From a virus: 64,000 nt of DNA. A program made the position numbers and the translations under genes. Positions 48,401 to 59,100 of the stretch are shown one piece after another (position 1 is the stretch's first letter; each line of letters starts with the position of its first letter). The stretch is from IMG/VR virus record IMGVR_UViG_3300032223_003493, positions 1-64,000 of that record, one strand, 5' to 3'. Under the pieces are notes generated by a model. The model was not told the DNA's origin. It ran no database searches and saw only the letters and a program-made list of their open reading frames with translations.

Positions 48401-50129
48401 TCAAAATATAAACCAACTTCAAAATGTTGATCAGAATACAATCCAGAAAATAAATCAACTTCAAAATATAAACCAACTTCAAAATGTTAGTCAATTCACT
48501 ATTAGAAAAGTAAGTGAATTGAAAAATATCGATGAAAATACAATTTTAGCTATCAATCAGATTCAAAATATAGGTCAAGAAAATATTTACAGAATAAGCC
48601 AGATAAAGAATGTTGATCTAAACACAATTCAAGCAATCAATCAAATTCGCAATGTAACTGAGCAGCAAATTAATCTTGTCAAATCTGTAAATCAAATTAG
48701 TGATATTCAAAATGTCTCAAAATTTATAAATCTTACAAATAAGAATGAGATTTCTGATATCAAGTTATCTAACATTAATCAAATTACAGAAGTTGCGCAA
48801 AAAATTTCTAAAATTGAAAATAAAGATTTACTTAATGTTGTGAATTTATCCAAAGTTGTTCAAGAAAGAAGAATCTATAATAGGATATCTAATCTTGTTA
48901 AAAATGTTGAAGTATTGGATACCGTAAATGTCACTCAAGAAACTGCTCAAAATATTTCTAAAATTTCTAATACTAATAATATCAATCAAATTACTAAAGA
49001 TTTAAATTTGATTTCCCAGAACTATCAGGAATTCAAGACAAGCGTTCAGCAAATTAATAAGATTGCGCAAGTTAAGAATGTTGATCAAATAGTAAAGAAT
49101 TTGAATTATGTAAACAATGTAATTCAAGAAAATAATATTGTAAATCGTGTCAGTAAAATTGATCAAAAAGAATTTATCACTGCCATAAATTTGAGCAAAA
49201 ATTATATTCAGTCTTTCAATAGGATTGAAAGTAAGATTAGCAATATTTCTCAGAGACAAAAGATAAGAGAAACACTACAAGATATCAACATTGTAAATAA
49301 TGAGGTCAATAATTCAACTGTCCAAATTACAAACAAAACACAAAAAGTTCAATTGCAAGAATTTATTCAAAATCTCAATTTGCTTGAAACTGAAAAGAAT
49401 ACAACTATCTTGAATCGATATAGTTTTGAGAGTAATAAAAAGAATATTTCAAATCTATTTACTGAACTGAATCTTACGCAACAAATAAAGCAAGAAAAAC
49501 GAACAGAAAGAGAATTTGCCCGTATTTCAAAGCGTTTAGATAGGATGAATAGAGAAACTATCAAAGTCCAAGGCAATTCATATAAAGTTGAACAAAATTT
49601 CTTCGATATGATGAATTTTTACAATGAACAGAAAGTGACAAAAACAAGCAAAGATAGAAAGGTTAATAATTTCTTTCAATTGTTGGAAACACTTAATGTT
49701 CAAAAGACTACTAATGAAAGAAAAATCACTCAAAAAATTCAGAAGATCGAGCAAGTTCAAAACAGAATTGTAAACAATACTTCTCAAATTAAAATTGATG
49801 TTTACAGAGAGAAAAAAGATAATTATTACAAAGTAGACAATCGCCAAACTTTCACTACTAATAATTATCATCAAGAGAAAGAAGAGCAGAAAAAGACAGA
49901 AAAGATAGTTGAAAACAAAGTAGAAGAGTTGCTTGTCAAGAAAATTGAAAATGTAACAAATAATTTAGTGACAAATGTTATCACTAAAAATGAATTTAAT
50001 TCTATCAAAAAAGAAATAATCCAAGAAATCTACAACATAGAAATGAAGACAGAAGAGCGTATTAAAGAGCTACGTAAGGAAACCCAGCAGACTGTACAAA
50101 CTATGTTAGAAAGATTCTTAAGAAGTTAA
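45483..50129 (+). CDS. Asn/Ile/Gln/Lys-rich low-complexity repeat protein
   Basis: 1548-aa ORF with internal duplications. Confidence 0.75.
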   Translation: MSDIDFIEYDKISIKSDAFISSDELNCYFQYIPSTKAISYNIKKELHTAGTTEDPNDYKVPDVSQKILPRKLYRINPFHTNYSENLELNKINTDPDIIYPTKIKEHREKIIDYSAFGLNSDQIEFMMALQNLRSLKTDESIKKLDIEQFEAVDEKVMNGFFQIYPRFMEMMSTGISSGFNQFYEDTETTESIHENEALINDSLKKLGLNPSEVRVKKKFEVRSGNANKNEVNSYLQDISLSNNTSNNTRSINNNSITNVNQLNLQNNNKIELQVRSSKTVNNIRTANNTDFNFISNNNKTINQQINNVSKFSEATKIDFENLYKSFLKDLNIAPNVENQFFKIVNQYSKNLSIEFNRILNHSEKTVYETNLKNLSTSYNFYRHIENRYREFIQNLNFFNETVQQIKQTEVNLKNTYQNIHRHSVTHKNNHYKNIVNLTKNVNYEYTANDYEFQYAVLKTIKNSNQYVENKITKIKNDLNVAQQNISFVHHRMVHIQEKTSNFVAKEIKNVLNNTDYIDEYSNIIVNKISNISNNQTVRALLSLVTNEEQLNSIYTVLRQSNINTSNIKNLVDVINYSKNNNLEITKVSSATIENIKNLVNLSKNIVDFNNTENKIIHNVDKNIVNKLSSINVNEFKSFVNLSESKSFVNFAKSISSITNQDVNNLLSLSANTNNIKNLYSLSKHSAIDLNNIENLYKIINFSKNNNFDITRVSGSTIENINNLVNLTNNQLVSKVDQNIINKMSSSNFNEEFKSFVNLSESKSFTRIAQSYKNISNIFENLNTISVSPKLSTIYLDQKKVENLSVIQNLRNVQQIKELSQIVNQSSTSYILEKLSNFNTENITEKINLLKNINITQDVKKTENVVRKITRLARYNNVNQITENLDEITNIDKNISTTQFKTEIQNLKNLINITKNVDQVNVDNISKIDVSKLNNIKVSQFNLLLDNITQLSKISQVRNLTEEHLGVIKKISQIQNINQLQNVDQNTIQKINQLQNINQLQNVSQFTIRKVSELKNIDENTILAINQIQNIGQENIYRISQIKNVDLNTIQAINQIRNVTEQQINLVKSVNQISDIQNVSKFINLTNKNEISDIKLSNINQITEVAQKISKIENKDLLNVVNLSKVVQERRIYNRISNLVKNVEVLDTVNVTQETAQNISKISNTNNINQITKDLNLISQNYQEFKTSVQQINKIAQVKNVDQIVKNLNYVNNVIQENNIVNRVSKIDQKEFITAINLSKNYIQSFNRIESKISNISQRQKIRETLQDINIVNNEVNNSTVQITNKTQKVQLQEFIQNLNLLETEKNTTILNRYSFESNKKNISNLFTELNLTQQIKQEKRTEREFARISKRLDRMNRETIKVQGNSYKVEQNFFDMMNFYNEQKVTKTSKDRKVNNFFQLLETLNVQKTTNERKITQKIQKIEQVQNRIVNNTSQIKIDVYREKKDNYYKVDNRQTFTTNNYHQEKEEQKKTEKIVENKVEELLVKKIENVTNNLVTNVITKNEFNSIKKEIIQEIYNIEMKTEERIKELRKETQQTVQTMLERFLRS
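48401..48488 (+). repeat. Exact 28-bp direct repeat at 60-bp spacing (coding)
   Basis: TCAAAATATAAACCAACTTCAAAATGTT at 48401 and 48461, encoding QNINQLQNV twice. Confidence 0.9.
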
Positions 50130-50130
50130 T

Positions 50131-53100
50131 ATGGCCACATATAGGTTAAATGATCCCAGAAATATATCATTTATAGGCAAATTTAAGTTTGACTATGTAG
50201 TTCAACTCGTTAATAAGGGTCAAAAAGGATCAAAAGTTTGGGATGATGCAAATTATATCACAGGAGCTTTTGTTCAATTTCAACGAGGAGAAGAATTTAA
50301 CGCTCAATGTATTATAGCAAATGTTCAACCTGACCAGCCTACTAATGCTGGGTCTTCTTTTTTTACTCATCCTTATGGAGGTAATGGAGGTTTTGGCGGA
50401 ATAGTTGACCCTACCACCTTCAAAAGAGAAATAAAATTTCAATTTTTTATAAAGTCTGGACAATCAGTGCCGTTGAGAGGATACTTTGTTTTAGAAACTC
50501 CATCTCCCCCTACTGATGCTGACTTAAGAGATATGGATGATTTTGGTATAGCAACCAAGTATGTCAGAAATGTAAGTGGCACAGTAGAAGGATATGTTTA
50601 TGAGAATTCGCCCCATAATGAATTTGTAGATATTCAAGAATATTACCCATCTGAAAACTATTTCCAAATTTCACCAGTTTGTCCAGATAATGAAAATGAA
50701 TATTGGCGTGATAAACCTTTAGACGAAAAAACTGTAAGACAATTTCCAAGATACACAACATTAAATTGGTTCGAAATGCCTGATCCAACCAGAAAAGGTA
50801 CTGCTGGAATTGTAATTAGGCAATCAAGTGGTAAAGGTGCATCAAATTACAGAAGAGATATTGTTACAAATTCAGCCTTATTTACTTCATATGAATATAC
50901 TAAAAAATTAAATGCTTGGTCTACAGCTGCCTCAAATTCAGGGTATATAGTAATTGCCTCAAATTTATCAGATGATTCTTACTCTAAAAGTATCAGTATA
51001 TCTTCTGCTAACTGTACTACTGATACTTTTAGTATTAGTTCAAATTCAGATTATATAAATTACAGAGAAGCTAAAATTGATCTTAAAACTGATGCATCCA
51101 GAAAGGTAACTTTCAATTCTGAAATTTATGACTGGAAAAATAATCACTCTGATGAAATAACAGCTTATTTAGTCGGGTTTGGTAGCACAGGGTTGACAGA
51201 GATTTTCGATCAAGGTGTTGGAAAAATAATATACCCAGTACCATCATATAGTGTAGTAAAAACGAAAAGCGGCGTTATCTCAGACTCCCAGGTTTTTAGA
51301 TATTTTGATGGATACATTTCTTTGATAGGACCTGGTGGAGAGAGTAATTCAGCTACGTTATTTTTTGATAATAGACAAAAATGGCTTTTTGGTATGATCG
51401 ATGCTTCATTATCCAAAGAAACGTTTGATGATTTGGAAAGTCCACCCTGCCATTTTGATTACCCAGATTACTATGTTCGATCAGCAGTTGGATGTAGAAA
51501 CTTAAATGAATATAATCAAATACTTACAATTGATGATGAAAAACTACAAGGTTTAACTGGTTCATATTCTTTGATTCCAATTCCCATAAAGGGTTGGAAA
51601 TTTAATGCAATGACTCTTAAACAAGATAAGGATTTCACTATTGAAGGTTCTGGGAATGTTAGAAATTTTACTGGGACAAATGCAGAACCTCATTATTATG
51701 GAGATACCAATTTATCAGGCTACAGATATTTAAATATTGAATTAAGATCCAAAAATAATGATTTGCAAAATGGCAATATTACTATTTACGAAACATCGAA
51801 AGGACCAACTACAAATCAGGATAATACTAATATAAATTTAAAATCTTGGAAAATATCTACTGACTCAAATAATTTCAAAAGTCTAAGAATAGATTTATGT
51901 AATCCAGATAACAAGATTGATTATGTTGATAATCAAGATTCTCCTTATCCAAGACTCAATGTTTACACTACATCTAAACCTCTATCAACAGCACCATTTG
52001 GTTATTTAAGTGTTGAAAACAAACCTACTGATATATTTATTGAAACAAAGCAACAATTAAATGTTTCGTCAAAATTTTGGATTGATGACAAACTCAAATC
52101 CAAAATATCCAATTCTGGATTTGTATATATTACAGATGATAAAACCAAAAATATAGATTATTTCGAAGTTAATACTAAAGCTTTTCCTGGAGCTGGAGTA
52201 GGAACAAACTTAATTTTTGTCAAACCTAGAACATACAACGGAAAGATCAAACTGGCAAAACCTTGGAATAGCAATAATGCCATTTTGCCTGAATATAGGA
52301 AAACTTTATTTTTATATATTGTCAAGAATGATTTGACATCCGGTAAATCTATTGATGATTTGTTAGGCAAAAATAAGCAAAATGAATACCCTGATGAATT
52401 TGAAATTTATGATATGGATCCAGGATATCCAGATATTACTGATAAACTTTCTGTATTGACAAGTGATTTTGTCGATGGACAAACTAGAATTTTTGTCAAT
52501 CCAATTCCTTTATTTGAACAACCAACTGTAATTCCTTATGATGCCATAATTTTAGAAGACTCAGTTAGTAAAAATAAAATAACATATAAATTTGAAAATT
52601 ATGAAAATAACAAAAATGATGGAATTACTTTTATAGATATAAAGCGTAATTCAAGTTTTGATAATAATGTTAAGTTTAAATTAGGCTCAACTTCAGTGAA
52701 ATTAACTTTTTTTAATGGAACTGATGATCAAAAAAGAACAGTTGTAGTAAAATTCAAGTCAGTAGAAAAACAAGGCAATCTTTATAAAGCTACTTTAGAA
52801 TATGCCAAATATGATGCAAATAGTCCGCAAATCACAGATGGTATTCCACTAGAAAGCCCTGATGGTAAAAAATTATATTTTTCAGAAAATGCACCAGTCA
52901 TAACAGTAAACCCCCCTAGACTTGTAGAGTTCACTTTTCCAGTAGACTCAATTTTGCAAACTAGTTTAGTTACAAATACTCCTAGTGGTCCAGAAGTAAA
53001 TGCAATTGATGATTATCCAGAAGACGAAGTTTCAAATGGTCCATATTATGGTGTTTCTAGAATTACTAAAATCGAAATTGATAATGATCAATTAGAACTT

Positions 53101-56100
53101 GGAAAAATTAATTTAACCAGAAATAATTCATTATCAAATTTTGTTATTTCTGGATTGAACAATACTTTTGAATCTCAAACTAAATTTGATGCTTCTTCTA
53201 CAACTACCACAGAGTATTATACCAGAAGATTTTGGCAGCAAAACACTGATGGTAGAGATGAAGAAGAAGGAGACTTAAGCTGGCAACATACAAAATCTGA
53301 AAATGTTGATTATTGGTCAGCTTATCCAAAAACAATTTCGAGTTTATGCGATGATATAAATAAAGTCGATGAATATGTAGCTCCAAGGTGGCTCAATGTA
53401 GCAAATCCTTCATCAAGTGTTATTAGACATCCTGGATGGAAAGCAAATAAAATTACAAAAGCATTTTCAGTTGATCCAATAACAGGAGAGAGAATTTATG
53501 GAAACAATTTAGATCCAGATTATTTGAACTCTGATACTGGATATGCAGCTTGGGTATTCGGTGGTGGAGTAATTGCAATTCCTAGCGGAAAAAATTCTGG
53601 TAGCGGAACATCGTATATAAAAGCTATAGACATAAATTTTAATGATCTAAGGACTATTTTAGCACAAACAGTTTTTCATAGAATAAATGCTGATTTTCCG
53701 CCTGGAAAAAATGATTTGTTTGGAAATACATCTATAATAAACACAGATGGTACTAAAGAAGAATCAACTCTGCATTTAAGAGGAGCATTGATAACTCGAG
53801 GACCAGGATATGGTTTGATATTACCACCACAAGTTAGTACTACTGATAACTTAAGAGAAGCTAATCTGATAGATACTACTGAGCGTAATACTAATTATGG
53901 CAAAGGTCAGTCAGATTCTAAAGGTTATTTTGAAACTGGATCTGCATATGGTAAAAATTCCCATAATAATTACATTGAATTAGAAAAATCGAAAAATTTC
54001 ACAACTCCATCTGATTATAGAAGCTCTACAAGGAAAATGTCTCAAGCAAAAAGAGAAAGAGCTGCTTTCAAAGGAGGCAAACAAAATGTTGCGACAAACC
54101 TTTCGGCTTGTGAATCTGGTTTTGAAAAATCAATTGTAATAGCATATACAGTTCCCACAACAAAAGCTGGCGATGAAAACCAAACTGCAATTATAACCAC
54201 AGATTCATTTTTTACGTCGCAATATGAAAAGTATCCTGTAGGCTATAATACGATTACTGGCTCTGGAGTGACAATAAAAGGTGAATTTCCATTTGTTTTA
54301 GGTTCAGAAACTCATATAAATCATGCTTATAGAGTGAATACATTTTTACTAACAGAAAGAAATTCAAATACAAAAGCTACTAGTTCTCACAATTATGATT
54401 CTTTAATTGCTGCAAATACAGATATGAGGAATAAACTTTCTTGGTTTCCCTTTGTAGAGGGACAAGCCAAGATAGATGCTAATTTTTCAACTCTTGCCAA
54501 AGCATTTACTAACACAAAATACAATTCATACACAGTATCTGATCAATCTCCACAATTATTTAATGTGGGTTATGCAGATCCTGGAGCAATTGTTTTTAGA
54601 TCAATACCTTTAAATTTAGCCAATATAAAAGCTCCAGTTACTGATAAAACTATATTTATTGATGGCGTTGCACCAACTTATACTTCTGATTTTAGATTAT
54701 TAGAACCAATAACTTCCTCAGGTGCAGCTTGTTCATCATTTCCAACAGTAGCTCAAATATCATCAAGAGAATATATAGTTGCTTATTCTTTAAATGCAAC
54801 GCCTAGAAAAATTAATTTCAAGATAATTGCTAACTATCAAGTGCAAGATAAAAACATTTTAATTGATTTGGATGCTCTTACTGGAAATACACTTTCAGAT
54901 AAATATAACATATATGGATTGACTTCAAATTATGATGAAAACTTAGGACTTCATAGATCAATTTTTTGGTGCAATGGTGGAATTTATTATTTTGAATATG
55001 CCTTATCATCAAGCAACATCGGAACAAAAAGAACTGATAAATTACATTTGGTTAAGGGCAAACTTGATGACGATTTAGTAAAAGAATTAAGTAATAGACA
55101 AAATATTATCACTTATTATGATTCAGCTAGTGTTTTAAATGCTGAAGTTCCAAAGCAAAAACCAGCTTTAATTACTTGCCAAAAACAAGAATATAATGGA
55201 AGTGTATTTGTTGCTTACGATACTGGAAAATGCTATATAGAAGCAGTATTATTCCATCCTTATTCACAAATTTTAGGCACGAGAAAGTTTGATATTGAGT
55301 GCGTAAATACATCTGGATCAACATCAACCACTGCATCTCCAATTGCAGACATTCAAGCTAATCCAACTAGTGGACAATCAGCATTACTGGTTAACTTCCT
55401 ATCGAGTAATTCATATGATCCAGGTGGTAGCACACTAACTTATGCTTGGAACTTTGGTGATGGAACTCAATCTTCTGAAGAAAATCCAGTACATACTTTT
55501 GTCAATACTACTGCAAATCCAATAACTTTGACTGTATCTCTTGTAGTCACAAACGCTAGTGGTGTAAGTAGCGATCCAGCAACAATAACAATAACAGTAA
55601 ATCCTGCTCCAATTAATAACCTTTCGCCTCAAGCCAAATTCAATGCAACTCCAACTGCTGGCACCGTTCCATTGATCGTTACTTTTACGGATCAATCAAC
55701 ACCAGCAAATGATGGTTCTGTGATACAAACATACGATTGGGATTTTGGTGATGGTAATACAGCATTAAAACTTGACAATGTATCTTTCACTCACGAATAT
55801 ACGAATGCTGGGACATATGTACCTACTCTTATAATTAAAGATAATTTGGGTAGAGTATCAAGTAAGTTTTATGGCACACCAATAAAAGTAGATGGAACAA
55901 TAAACAATCCGCCATCCCCAAACTTTACCTGGGCTCAAACTTCTTACTCTCCAACTTTGAAAATTCAATTTACAGATACTTCTGTTGATGTTGAAGGTCC
56001 ATTGGTTGCATGGCATTGGGATTTTGGAGATACTCAAACTGCTGATGTTCAAAACCCAGAACATATTTATGCTAATCCAGGTACTTACTCAGTAGTTCTT

Positions 56101-59100
56101 ACAGTAACAGATTCTGGTGGTTTACAAGCTTCAGGAACAAAACAAGTTACAGTTTCGCCTCCTGGAAATAATCCGCCCATTGCAAACTTTAATTATTTGC
56201 AACAAAACAGGAAACTAGTAATAGATTTTGCTGACACATCCATCGATACTGACGGCACAATTGTATCTTGGAGTTGGAGTTTTGGCGATCAAACCACAAG
56301 CATAACAAAAAATCCTTCACATACATATGCCTTGGCTGGAACATATCAAGTCATATTGACAGTAACTGATAATGGTGGAAAAACTGGATCAATAACCAAA
56401 AACGTTGTTGTAAATCCATTAGTAAATCAGCCTCCTGTAATTTCCAATATTACTGGCACACAAACTAGTTTTAAACCATTAATTGGAACATTTTCAGAAA
56501 CATCTTCTGATCCTGATGGTTTTATTACTCAATGGGATTGGAATTTTGGAGATAGTCAGGTTTTTTCCACTACAAATAGTGCACTTAAGAACCCAACACA
56601 CACTTATAACTTTCCAGGATCTTACACTGTTACATTGACTGTTACTGATGATGGTTTGCCCGATGGAACTAGCAAGAAAACAGCAACATCTTCAATTCCA
56701 TTCGTAGTAGCACCACCACCACCTAATATACCTCCTGTCGCACTTTTCACAGTAGACACTAATAATGCATTTGCTCCTTTAACAGTCAACTTTACAGACA
56801 ATTCTACTGACGCTGATGGGAAAATTGTAAGTTGGCTGTGGGAATTTGAAACAGGTAGTACACTATTCTTCAATGCTCAAACTTATCAAAAAACTGTTTC
56901 GCATACATTTACAAAATCAGGAACTTATCCAGTTAAATTAACCGTAACTGATGATGGAAATCTTACAAATTTTTATATATTAAATATTGTTGTGAGAAAT
57001 AATCCTCCAGTATCAATTTTATCTGCATCTCCCAATCCTGTTCTATCGTTGTTGCCAGTTAGTTTCTTTGGCAATAATTCTTATGATATTGATGGAAATA
57101 TAACAAAATACTCTTGGGATTTTGGCGACGGTACAACTATACTTCAAGGTACTACTGCAGAAACACATACATATACAAAACCTGGGACTTACAAAGCATC
57201 ACTTACAGTAATTGATAACTTAGGAGATAGTTCAACTGCTAGTTTGTTTATAAATGTGTCAAACAGAAACCCAGTTGCAAAAATAACTTACACTACTCTA
57301 ACAGTTAAAGCACCTGGAAGTTTAACATTCAATGGGGATACATCTACTGATTTAGACGGAACAATTGTTTCTTACAATTGGACAGTTTCAAATGGATTAA
57401 CTGCTTCAACACCTAATGCTACTTTCAATTTCTCAACGCAAGGTACATTTGCAGTATCTTTAACTGTTACAGATGATTCTGGTGGCACAAATTCAACTAG
57501 TGTCATAGTAACGGTAACACCACCTGACAATATTTTACCTGTAGCTATATTGAACGTAAATAAAAATTCTGGAGTTATCAATGACTCATTCATTTTCAAT
57601 GTGTCAAATTCAAATGATCCTGATGGCTCTATAATTTTATATCAATTAGATTTTGGAGATGGAACTTCAACTCAATTTGTGAATCCTGCACCTATATCTC
57701 ATATATATAAAACAGTTGGTTCATTTACAGCAAAATTAACTGTTACTGATAATAGAAATGGCGTTAGTTTAGAAACAACAAATTCAGTACAAAATATCAC
57801 TATAAATAACCAGCCTCCAATAGCTAATTTCTCATTTAGTCCAATTGGTGCATTTACGTTTGATCTTATTACATTTACAGATAATTCGAGTGATCCTGAA
57901 AATGCATTATCTAAATGGGTCTGGGATTATGGTGATGGAACTAATTTTACAACAAATGATCCTTTGCAAAAAAGTCCAATTAAATCTTACAACAAAGGAA
58001 ATAAAGACTATACTGTATCATTGACAGTTTATGATAATTTTAATTTATCAAGCACAACTTCACAACTAGTGCATATCAATAATAGAAAACCATTTGCTGT
58101 AATTTCAACAAGCAGTACTCCAATAAATAATGTAATTACCGGAATAGCTCCATTTACTGTAATTTTTGATTCTAATTCGTATGATTTAGATGGTACAGTG
58201 ACAAATTATGAATGGTACTTAAATGGACTTGTAGGAACTCCATTTACTACAAAATCATTCACATATACTTTCAACACAGCTTCTTTCACTCCTTATGTAG
58301 TCACTTTAAGAGTGCAAGACGATGATGGTGTTTGGAGTGATTTAGCAAATATAGGAGTCCAAGTTAACGCTCCAAATACTCCTCCAATTGCTGTTATTAA
58401 AGCTAATCCATTGTCAAATACAAGTCAAGCTCCAATTACAGTTAATTTCTCTGGTGCTGGAAGTTATGATCCAGATAACATTAATGGCACTTTGATTTAC
58501 GCATGGGATTTTGGCAATGGTAGTATTTCAAATCAAGTTAACGCAAGCACCACTTATAATAACCCTGGAACATATAAAGTTTCTCTTACCGTTACAGATA
58601 ATTTAGGAGCAACAAATACTGCTACATTAGATTATATTGTTTTGAATAGTAAACCAATAGCAATATTAGATACTGTTCCATCAGGTATAACTCAAGCTCA
58701 AATTAATACGGCAGTTTTATTTACATCTGCTGGAAGTAATGATCCTGATTCTGGTCAATTTATTAATGGGTATAAATGGTTAGTTGATGGAGTGAATCAA
58801 AATTCTAACACTTCAACATTATCCACCTCATTCAGCACTATTGGAAATCATATTGTAACTCTTTCTGTTTTTGATAACTTGGGACTTGAATCTAATCCAG
58901 TTTCAAAGACTATATTTGTTATATCTGCTCCACCTCCACCACCAGTAAACCAAAATCCAATAGCAATACTTGGCAATGAGCCAAGTATTACTGGATATAT
59001 AGAACTTAAAGTTGGAGACACTTTTACATTTGACGGCACTACTTCTTATGACCCTGAAGATGGATCAAATATAACTTTTGAATGGTCAATAGATGGAGTA

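Noticed and set aside
48361-48700. CRISPR-like or DGR repeat
   Set aside because: Only two exact copies, in frame within a coding repeat; no cas or reverse transcriptase gene, and no adenine-specific variant pair seen.
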